Source: Acidobacteriota bacterium
GTDB taxonomy: Bacteria > Acidobacteriota > Vicinamibacteria > Vicinamibacterales > UBA8438
DNA: 45,661 nucleotides
NCBI GenBank assembly: GCA_026706755.1
Contig: JAPOYG010000485.1
Span: 1 to 45,661 of the forward strand
Direction of reading: 5' to 3'
Shown: positions 1 to 7,147 of the stretch, one piece after another
Layout: the number at the start of each line of letters is the position of its first letter
Numbering within the stretch: position 1 is the stretch's first letter
The notes under the pieces: generated by a model
What the model was told of the DNA's origin: nothing
Seen by the model: the letters and a program-made list of their open reading frames with translations, nothing else
Database searches by the model: none
Translations under genes and position numbers: made by a program

Positions 1-1
1 C

Positions 2-73
2 ATCACCCGGGAAGACAACGAAGCGCTGATCGACGACGCCCTCAAGCAGGTCGAGGCACGGGTGGCGCAGTAA
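2..73 (+). CDS. 3' end of an unidentified CDS entering from the left edge
   Basis: The frame is open from the window edge ('...ITREDNEALIDDALKQVEARVAQ*') and ends at TAA 71-73. About 20 of 23 third positions are G/C, as in real genes here. No family recognised. Confidence 0.25.
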   Translation: MTREDNEALIDDALKQVEARVAQ

Positions 74-210
74 GAGCGCCGCCCGCGTCGCGCCGGCGCT
101 CGCGGCCCGGGGCCGGAGCGGCCCTGGAGCGCTCGCGCCGGCCGCCGTCCCACGCTGCGATGAACGCGAGGGCTGCGCTGAGTGCGCAGCGTGGGCGGTA
201 TGTCTGGACC

Positions 211-459
211 TCAGTCGGCGGGCGGCGACGCTGCGGGAAGGATGGCGCGTTCGAGCGTTTCGAGCCGTTGATCGACCTTCCCGAATTCGATTTCGACGGC
301 GCGCAGGCGGTTGTCCATGCTGCGCACATCCATCTCGAGGCGGTCGATGCGGGCGTTGACGCCGCCGATCAGGATCGCCATGACCGAGACGACGACACCA
401 GTCATGGCCACGACCGCCCCGACGACCGTCCCGATGATCCATTTCGCGTCCGTGCTCAC
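211..459 (-). CDS. small membrane-anchored coiled-coil protein (hypothetical)
   Basis: C-terminal 82 codons of track ORF 211..867, from GTG 459: 'VSTDAKWIIGTVVGAVVAMTGVVVSVMAILIGGV' (one TM helix) followed by the heptad-like 'NARIDRLEMDVRSMDNRLRAVEIEFGKVDQRLETLERAI'. The upstream part of the ORF is Arg/Pro junk. Start is uncertain and no clear SD is present. Confidence 0.35.
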   Translation of the reverse strand: MSTDAKWIIGTVVGAVVAMTGVVVSVMAILIGGVNARIDRLEMDVRSMDNRLRAVEIEFGKVDQRLETLERAILPAASPPAD

Positions 460-642
460 GTTGGGCAGCGTACCACGCCGGACCGCACCGGGCCAGCGGA
501 GCCCGAGCCCCGCAACTCCGTTTCTTCCTCGTCTGCGCTGGCCGGAGTGTCTACCCCTCGCGGAGCTGGTCCGAAGGCGCGAGCCCGACGCGTTGCGGTG
601 AGACCGCGAGCGGGGTAGATTCGGACAAGGACGATCGCGCGG

Positions 643-819
643 ATGCTGAGCAGAACGATGCGGGCCGAGCGGAAGCTGCAGCGCGCGCTGGAGGCGGCGG
701 CGCGCGAACGGCTCGGCCCGGAGGCTGGTCCGGCCGCCGTGCGCGAAACGGCGGCCAGGCTGTACGAGGGTTGCTCGCGGCCCGACGCCGGCTACGAGAC
801 GCCGGTGCAGCGGTGGTAG
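643..819 (+). CDS. small hypothetical protein (58 aa), possible partner of the downstream PIN-like gene
   Basis: ATG 643 to TAG 817-819: 'MLSRTMRAERKLQRALEAAARERLGPEAGPAAVRETAARLYEGCSRPDAGYETPVQRW'. It is absent from the ORF track, which lists nothing shorter than 60 aa. Third-position G/C is very high. It ends 50 nt before the next gene. No family recognised. Confidence 0.25.
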   Translation: MLSRTMRAERKLQRALEAAARERLGPEAGPAAVRETAARLYEGCSRPDAGYETPVQRW

Positions 820-869
820 CGCGAGCGACACGCGCGAGGCACGGCCGAAGACCTCCGGAATCGCCACCG

Positions 870-1787
870 ATGACCGTCGTCGACACGAGCGAGTTGATGC
901 GGCCGACGCAGCGCAAGCTGCACGCGGCGTGGTGCGAGCTCGCGGGGCAGCCGGTGCTGGCGCCGCCGAGCGTCGCCCGCGAGCTCGCCCCGCTCGGCGC
1001 GGACCCGACCGCGATCGACGGCCGGAGCCCCGCCGAAGCCCTGCTCGACAACCTCGGATCGGGCGCCGGCGCCCGGCGGATCCTGGAGCTGCGGTTCCAG
1101 GCTTGGTGGGCGGAGATGTGGCGCGCGCCGGAGTCGCCGTACCACATCGTCAGCCTCGACGAGGAACAGGAAGCGCTGACCGACCGGCTGCTGCGGGCGA
1201 TCGACCGGCGGTGTTCCCCGACCACCGAGCCTGGGGACATCGAGCAGCATCCCGACGCGCGAATCGTCTGCGAGAGCATCGCGCTCGACGCCAGGATGCT
1301 GCTGACCAACAACCTGCGCTGCATCGACCGCGTGGAGGTCAACCGCTGGGCGGTGGACAACGGCGCGCGATACGGGTTCCGGCCCGAGCCGGTGCTCTAC
1401 CAGGCGGACGCGACGTTCGTCGGCTGGACCGAGGACCGGGCCGCGCTCGAGCGCTGGATCCAGGCCGGGCTGCTGGCCTGCTGGCCGGAAGACGACGACG
1501 CGCCCGCAAGCACCGTCATCGAACGCACGCTGGTCGGCATCACGGCCCTGACGCGCGGGAGCGGCGGCAAGCTCCCGGAGGCCGGCGCGCGGCTCGTCAA
1601 CGGTCTCGAGCAGCACCCCGACCCGATCGCGCTCGTCGAGCGCACGCGGCGGCTGTTCCCGAGCGCCACGATCCGGACCGATCGCGGGCACCCCACCTAC
1701 CCGCACGCCGGCGGGCCGGCCGAGGTGCCGCGGAGCGCGCCATTGCTGGCTTCGTCCGCCGGGCCGCCGAGTACGGAGACCACGTGA
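870..1787 (+). CDS. hypothetical protein with a PIN-like N-terminal domain (tentative)
   Basis: Track ORF 771..1787; the likely start is ATG 870 ('MTVVDTSELMRP...'). PIN-like acidic pattern: 'VVDTSEL' near the N-terminus, 'VARELAP', and 'HPDARIVCESIALDARMLLTNN' (compare D..I.A.A....LLT.D, with the last Asp replaced by Asn). High GC3 throughout. The function call is weak. Confidence 0.55.
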   Translation: MTVVDTSELMRPTQRKLHAAWCELAGQPVLAPPSVARELAPLGADPTAIDGRSPAEALLDNLGSGAGARRILELRFQAWWAEMWRAPESPYHIVSLDEEQEALTDRLLRAIDRRCSPTTEPGDIEQHPDARIVCESIALDARMLLTNNLRCIDRVEVNRWAVDNGARYGFRPEPVLYQADATFVGWTEDRAALERWIQAGLLACWPEDDDAPASTVIERTLVGITALTRGSGGKLPEAGARLVNGLEQHPDPIALVERTRRLFPSATIRTDRGHPTYPHAGGPAEVPRSAPLLASSAGPPSTETT

Positions 1788-1989
1788 CGCCTGACCAGTT
1801 CCGCGCCGGTCTCGCGAGACTGGGGTCGGACTGCGGTAGAAACAGGTAAGGCCCTTGCCGGTCGCCTTGGACACGTCGGAGACGACTGCCCCAAGCTGGC
1901 CCTGCGAATCGACGAGAGCGTTGGCCGCGCCTGGACAACCCGTCGTAAGCTCTGCTACGCTGTGCGTAGCAAGAGCACACGACGGCATC

Positions 1990-2019
1990 TTGACATCGGC
2001 ACCCGAGTCGTGATATTGA
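1990..2019 (+). promoter_or_regulatory. sigma70-like promoter for the low-GC exported-protein cassette
   Basis: Perfect -35 TTGACA (1990-1995), an 18-nt spacer, then an extended -10 TGaTATTGA (TG 2011-2012, hexamer 2014-2019). It sits ~50 nt upstream of the TTG start at 2068, which has the SD GAGGAGGG (2055-2062). Confidence 0.4.
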
Positions 2020-2067
2020 CGCCTCCCCTTTCCCTGAGCTACGCTTAACGGTTCGAGGAGGGTATCA

Positions 2068-2880
2068 TTGACGATCGGTCGATTGGGCTCCGGCCGAACG
2101 CCCGTCGCGCCACGGGTGGCGTACGGTGCCATGTTGGCGGCGTTCTTGGCTGGAGCCTACACCACTGCCGCTACCGCTCAGAGCATCGAGGAAGTCTGCG
2201 CAGGCCGTGAGGCAGTCCGAGAAGCCAGAGCCGGAGGAGAGGGGGGCGCTCCGCACCTGTGCCCCAACGGTGCGCCCCGGCTTCCACCGAGCGTCGGCAG
2301 CTTCCCATACGCCGACCTGAGCGTCCGAGCGAAAGCGCTTGTCGATGACCTAGTCGGCGGCCCTTCCGTCTATGAAGGGCTCACCTACGCGCAACAGACA
2401 ACGCTTGCCGCCATCCTTCACGCCCTTGAGGCGGAAGGCCTGTTGGACATCCTGACGGAGATCATCTGTGTTTGGGGCGAAGCCTTTGACGCTGACGGCA
2501 GTCACTCAACGCAGGGGATGGACCAGTTCCGGCTGTCGGTTACGTTGACCGCCGATACGGCGCGACGCTTGACCCATTTCGACGCTCCCAGCTCGCGCGG
2601 TCACGTCAAGCTGCCTTCAAGCGTTGTTACGACAAGGGGTGTCGTTTCCGTGCGGCAGCTTGGCGGACCGCCGAGCATTCAGGTGTCATGGCTAAGAGAA
2701 GACGTAACTTGCGGAGAGATCGACATTGACTACGTACGAACTGACGTTCTCGGGTTCCGCTTTGGCCTCTTCAAAGGCCATATGACTCCGGAGAACTCGG
2801 ATGTAAGGGAACACGTCAACGCCCACGAACGAGGATACCGGAGCGACTTAGTAACGTGGTGGGTAGGAGATAACCAATGA
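2068..2880 (+). CDS. exported hypothetical protein (270 aa), low-GC cassette gene 1
   Basis: TTG start at 2068, five nt after SD GAGGAGGG. Signal-peptide-like N-terminus 'AYGAMLAAFLAGAYTTAATA/QS'. The stop overlaps the next start (ATGA 2877-2880). GC is clearly lower than the flanks. No family recognised. Confidence 0.7.
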   Translation: MTIGRLGSGRTPVAPRVAYGAMLAAFLAGAYTTAATAQSIEEVCAGREAVREARAGGEGGAPHLCPNGAPRLPPSVGSFPYADLSVRAKALVDDLVGGPSVYEGLTYAQQTTLAAILHALEAEGLLDILTEIICVWGEAFDADGSHSTQGMDQFRLSVTLTADTARRLTHFDAPSSRGHVKLPSSVVTTRGVVSVRQLGGPPSIQVSWLREDVTCGEIDIDYVRTDVLGFRFGLFKGHMTPENSDVREHVNAHERGYRSDLVTWWVGDNQ

Positions 2881-3572
2881 GAAGAGCTCTCGTTGGCTTG
2901 ACCATCGCGACGGCGGCATGGTCGACAATGGCCACCGCCCAGGACGACTCGCACGTCAGCGCCATCCGGAGCATGGAGAAGTTCCTGGAGGCCTGGGTCG
3001 TGAGGAACGACATGCAGTCCACGCTGCAGTACTTCGGAGTCTCAGATGCTGCGCTGAAGTTGATCCCGATGTCCATTTCCGACCAGGGCAACAACGAGTA
3101 TCTGCGTGGTCTCCAAGGCAAGGCAGCGGATCGGCGCGACTTGCCGCGCGAGGTCATGACCGGCTACGCGAACCTACTGAGAGTGCTGTGGCCCTACCAC
3201 ATTGTCGATGCCGTTGGGTTGCAGGATGTCCTGGTTACTAACCAGGAGGTTCATCGCGTGCTTACAGATGAATTGCCAAACGTAGCAATCCTCCACGACG
3301 GCGGGTTTATCGTGTTCGAGGCTACGGAGCCGGGTGAAATCAATACCTTCAACCTTGGCTACGGCGAGGTTGCCAGGGTGCTCCAACCGACCGTGGAGGA
3401 CCCTGTGCTCACGATGATCGCTGACTTCAAGCTCCGAAAGGAGTTGAGGCTCCGAGAGGAACTGAACAACTCAATGGGTCCTTTTGTTTCCTTCTGGAGA
3501 CAAGAGGAGCGGGCGCATCCACCGACGACCGGCTGGTACATCCAAGGACTCGGGGCGTTTCCCGACTACTGA
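2877..3572 (+). CDS. exported hypothetical protein (231 aa), low-GC cassette gene 2
   Basis: ATG 2877 overlaps the upstream stop. Signal peptide 'MRRALVGLTIATAAWSTMATA/QDD'. About 52% GC in line 3241-3300 by hand count. No family recognised. Confidence 0.7.
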   Translation: MRRALVGLTIATAAWSTMATAQDDSHVSAIRSMEKFLEAWVVRNDMQSTLQYFGVSDAALKLIPMSISDQGNNEYLRGLQGKAADRRDLPREVMTGYANLLRVLWPYHIVDAVGLQDVLVTNQEVHRVLTDELPNVAILHDGGFIVFEATEPGEINTFNLGYGEVARVLQPTVEDPVLTMIADFKLRKELRLREELNNSMGPFVSFWRQEERAHPPTTGWYIQGLGAFPDY

Positions 3573-3667
3573 TGGCCCTCACGTCAGTTGGCTGCGGGAT
3601 TCCGGATCAAATCGATCACTGATTCCGGTCGAGCGTCGGGTGGGCCGGGCGACCGACGGCGACGGCG

Positions 3668-5797
3668 TCACGCGAGGACGACCTGCCGTAGCGGCTCCCT
3701 CCGGCACGCGCGAACGGCCTCGCGATCGGAGCCACGCGCCCGTAGCGTCCGGAGGGCCAGCGTTCTGGGCAGGCACGCCGCGAACTTGAGCGACTCGACG
3801 GCATCGTCGTTCGCGGGAAAGGCATCCTGCGCGGCGTCGGCGTCGGCGCGGGCCGCACGGGCCAGGCCGGCCAGCCGCTCCTTGACGTCGCCCGCTCCCG
3901 CCCCGTCCCGCAGGCGGATCGACAGGTTCTCCTCGCGCGCGCCCGCAAGCCGGACTTCTCCGAGCAGCTCTCCGAGCACGGTGTTGGCGCGGAGCCCGGC
4001 GAACGTCCACCAGCGGCTGGCGCCGGATCGTTCCCGAACGACGGCGGTGTCCCCCGCTTCGACCCAGGAGAATGCGTCGCGCGTCTCGTCCAGTTTGCTC
4101 CGGGCGCGCCGGCTGAGGTCGACACCGGGCGCACCCTCGGCCAGCACCCCTCGGATCGCGCGGCAGAGCTCGAAACGCAGGGGGATGCCGGAACCGATCC
4201 AGAGCGACCGGCCCTTCTCCGTAGCGGGATTCACGAAGGCCGCGCGGCGGCCCCAATCGACGTGCGAAACCTCCCAGCTTCTGCCGGCGAGCAGCAGCGT
4301 CACCGGCCCGGCACGGCGAGCGTGGAACGAGAGGGGATGCACGAGGCCCAGCTCCGCCCGGCCGTGACGCACGGAGAACAGCGGCTCGCTGGTGAACACG
4401 GACATGAGCTCGAGGAAGTGACGACGGCCGAACGCGCGCTCCCCCTCGACGCCAAGCGACAGCATGCCGCAGTCCTCGTGGAGGATTTCGCGTGTAACCA
4501 TGAAGTCGACAATCTCGTCGAGGTGCTCCCGCGCCATGGCGCGGAAGGCGGGCATCTCCCCCAGCCAGTCGCGCCACGCCGCGCGCCCGATGCGGCCCTC
4601 CTGGAGCGCGAGCGCCAGGAGCTGCTGGGCGAAGACGTGAAACGGCTCCGGCGGCGGGACGACGGGCTCGACGTAACCATCGAGCCAGAGCCGTAGCAGG
4701 CCGCAAGCGCGCAGGAACCCGTCGTCGGAAGTGGCCAGGAACAGGCAGTTCCGGGCGGCCCCGGGGCGCCGCCCGGTGCGACCCAGCCGCTGTAGGAACG
4801 CAGCGATGGTGGCCGGGGCGTCGATCTGGACGATGCGGTCGAGGTCGCCCACGTCGATGCCCAGTTCCAGTGTGCTCGTGGCGACGATGACGCAGTCGCG
4901 GCCCTGCGCGAACGCCTCCTCCGCACGCCGGCGCTCGTCCAGGCCCAGCGAGCTGTGAGATACGAACGTCTCCGTGCCGCGTTGCCGGAGCTCGGCGGCG
5001 AGCGCCTCGACACGAGCCCGGCTGTCACAGAAGACGAGCCGCTTCTCGCCCCGATGGAGCGCGGATACGACCTTCGCGGCGTTGCGCAGGCTTCCCGTCC
5101 AGTCCAGTTGCACGCTCGCGGATCCGGTCGCCTCACCGCCGGGCGCCACGACTCGCCGGGGCCGGCGCGACGCCGGCGCCAGCCACTCGAGGAGCGCGGC
5201 GGGGTTGCCGACCGTGGCCGAAAGGCCCAGGCGCTGGATCTCGCGGCCCGCGAGCCGGCGCACGCGCTCCAGCACCGCGAGCAGGTGCCATCCGCGATCG
5301 TCCCCGGCGAAGGCGTGCAACTCGTCAATGACCACGGCTTCGACGTCCTGGAAAAGCACGCGCGGCTCCGAGCGGGCGGAGACAAGCATCACCTCGATGG
5401 ACTCGGGCGTCGTCAGGAGCAGATCGGGACGCTCCCGCAGGATGGCCCGCCGCCTGGCAGCGCCGACGTCGCCATGCCACCGGTCCACGCGGCGCCCGAC
5501 CAGACCGGCATACGTTCGCAGGCGGGGCTCGGCGTTGTTCAGGAGGGCCTTGATGGGACAGACGTAGAGCACGCTGAGGCCGCGCCACCCCTCGGCCAGC
5601 ATCCGCGACAGCAGCGGGAGGACGGCCGCCTCGGTCTTGCCGCCGGCCGTCGGAGCCAGTAGCAGCACGTGTTCCCCGGCCAGGACCGGCCCGACGGCCT
5701 GCTCCTGCAGGGGACGGAGCGACCGCCAGCCGAGCGAGTTCACCACGTGGTGCTGAACGGCGGGATGCAGCCGCTCGAACGCCGGCCTGCCGGTCAC
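3668..5797 (-). CDS. brxHI: BREX type 2 Lhr-like DExH helicase BrxHI
   Basis: 709 aa. SF2 motifs: 'LLLAPTAGGKTEAA' (I), 'VVIDELHAF' (II), 'LSATVGNP' (III), 'FLQRLGRTGRR' (VI), followed by an Lhr-type C-terminal region. The GTG start overlaps the brxD stop (GTGA 5794-5797). It is the last gene of the pglY-pglZ-brxD-brxHI string. Confidence 0.9.
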   Translation of the reverse strand: MTGRPAFERLHPAVQHHVVNSLGWRSLRPLQEQAVGPVLAGEHVLLLAPTAGGKTEAAVLPLLSRMLAEGWRGLSVLYVCPIKALLNNAEPRLRTYAGLVGRRVDRWHGDVGAARRRAILRERPDLLLTTPESIEVMLVSARSEPRVLFQDVEAVVIDELHAFAGDDRGWHLLAVLERVRRLAGREIQRLGLSATVGNPAALLEWLAPASRRPRRVVAPGGEATGSASVQLDWTGSLRNAAKVVSALHRGEKRLVFCDSRARVEALAAELRQRGTETFVSHSSLGLDERRRAEEAFAQGRDCVIVATSTLELGIDVGDLDRIVQIDAPATIAAFLQRLGRTGRRPGAARNCLFLATSDDGFLRACGLLRLWLDGYVEPVVPPPEPFHVFAQQLLALALQEGRIGRAAWRDWLGEMPAFRAMAREHLDEIVDFMVTREILHEDCGMLSLGVEGERAFGRRHFLELMSVFTSEPLFSVRHGRAELGLVHPLSFHARRAGPVTLLLAGRSWEVSHVDWGRRAAFVNPATEKGRSLWIGSGIPLRFELCRAIRGVLAEGAPGVDLSRRARSKLDETRDAFSWVEAGDTAVVRERSGASRWWTFAGLRANTVLGELLGEVRLAGAREENLSIRLRDGAGAGDVKERLAGLARAARADADAAQDAFPANDDAVESLKFAACLPRTLALRTLRARGSDREAVRACRREPLRQVVLA

Positions 5798-7131
5798 GGC
5801 TCCAGCTCGACGTCGTCCGGGGTGCCGGCGGCGCGCGCGTTGCGCTCGACGTCGCTCAGTTCGCCGTCCGCCAGCATGAGCGAGTAGTCGCGGCGCGGGT
5901 CGAAGTCCGGGTGTAGATCGATGCGGTCGAGCACGTCCTGTACCAGCTTCTTCAGGAACACCCGCGGGGCGATGCCGACCCGGCCGCCCAGCTCTCCGGT
6001 GACGGCGTGCGCCAGGCCGTCGAGGTACGCGTCGTCCGCCCGCTGCCGGATGCGGGCGGACGACGTAGCGCCTTCGGCGTAGAGGTCGCGGACCCTCCGC
6101 CCCACGCTCTGAAGGCGGTCGAGGTCGAAGTTGCGCAGTCGCACCTGCGGAGCGCGCGGGTTGTCGAAACGAGGGTCGCCGGAGAAGTCCACATCCAGTC
6201 GCTGGGCGAGGGGCGGGAGGCGCTGAATGCCCTGCGGCCCCTCAAAGAACGCGGGCGTCCCGGTGATCACGAGGTAGAGGCCCGGGAACCGTCCGGCGTC
6301 GATCTCGTCGACGACCTGCCGTAGGGCGTTGAGGCTCTTCTCTCGCACGTCGCTCCGCACGCGCTGCAGCGTCTCCACTTCGTCGAGCACAACCACCAGC
6401 CCGGCGGAGCCCGAATCTTGGAGGATCACAAGCAACCCATGGAGGAAGCTCAGCGCGCCGAAGTGGTCAAGGTCCCCCTTGATTCCAGCGTAGCGCTTGG
6501 CCGCGGCGCCGACGTTGGGTTGCCCGCCGATCCACGCCAGCAGCGCCTCGGCCGTGGCGCGGTCGTTCCCCGCGACGGCTCGCCGGTAGGCGCGCAGCGC
6601 CGTCGCGAAGGCAGGCGCGTGGCGCCCGACCGAAGCGAGGCGGCGCTCCAGGAGATCCGTTGTCCGTGCCAGGAGCGCGCCGGCGTCGCCTTCAGCCACG
6701 TTGCCCTCGGCCAGGACGTCTTCCTCCAAAGCGTAGAACCAGTTGTCGAGGATAGAACGGAGTGCTCCCTGGTGAGTGTCCGCGGTCGAGAGACGCTCCG
6801 TGAGGCGGCGATACACCGTCTCCAGACGGTGCAGGGGAGTCTCCGTCTCCGATATCTGGATCTCCGCAGCAGCGAACCCCTTGCGTTTCGCCCGTTCCTG
6901 CAGCCAGCGCACGAAGAAGGTCTTACCGCTGCCGTACTCGCCGCGTACCGCCTTGAAGGCACCGCTGCCCGCCGCTACCGCGGCCAGCTCGTCGTCGAGC
7001 GCCGGCTCGAATCGATCGAGCCCGACAGCGAAGACGTCGAGACCCTGGCGCGGAACGTTCCCGCGCCGCAGGGCGTCGACGATCTCGCGCCGCCGCTGTG
7101 CACTGACCTGTCCCGGAGCGTCGGCTCGCAT
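5794..7131 (-). CDS. brxD: BREX ATPase BrxD (DUF2791-type P-loop protein)
   Basis: 445 aa. Walker A 'GEYGSGKTFF' and Walker B-like 'LVVVLDEVETL'. Starts 16 nt after the pglZ stop. Confidence 0.85.
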   Translation of the reverse strand: MRADAPGQVSAQRRREIVDALRRGNVPRQGLDVFAVGLDRFEPALDDELAAVAAGSGAFKAVRGEYGSGKTFFVRWLQERAKRKGFAAAEIQISETETPLHRLETVYRRLTERLSTADTHQGALRSILDNWFYALEEDVLAEGNVAEGDAGALLARTTDLLERRLASVGRHAPAFATALRAYRRAVAGNDRATAEALLAWIGGQPNVGAAAKRYAGIKGDLDHFGALSFLHGLLVILQDSGSAGLVVVLDEVETLQRVRSDVREKSLNALRQVVDEIDAGRFPGLYLVITGTPAFFEGPQGIQRLPPLAQRLDVDFSGDPRFDNPRAPQVRLRNFDLDRLQSVGRRVRDLYAEGATSSARIRQRADDAYLDGLAHAVTGELGGRVGIAPRVFLKKLVQDVLDRIDLHPDFDPRRDYSLMLADGELSDVERNARAAGTPDDVELEP

Positions 7132-7147
7132 GGGGCGTCGGACGGAC

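Noticed and set aside
1597-2010. Small minus-strand ORFs (for example 'MPSCALATHSVAELTTGCPGAANALVDSQGQLGAVVSDVSKATGKGLTCFY') considered as a Cys/Thr-rich peptide precursor
   Set aside because: There are no adjacent modification or transport genes and no leader/core pattern I can defend. The reading frame is part of the 446-aa antisense artefact 792..2132. The region is better explained as the intergenic/promoter region of the low-GC cassette.
3573-3667. Intrinsic terminator between the convergent cassette gene 2 and brxHI; similarly GGCGC-N7-GCGCC at ~43062-43078 and GCCCG-N6-CGGGC after nuoN (~25440-25460)
   Set aside because: Only 5-6 bp stems with large loops and no U-tracts are present. 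These are not distinguishable from chance in GC-rich DNA, so they are not reported as features.
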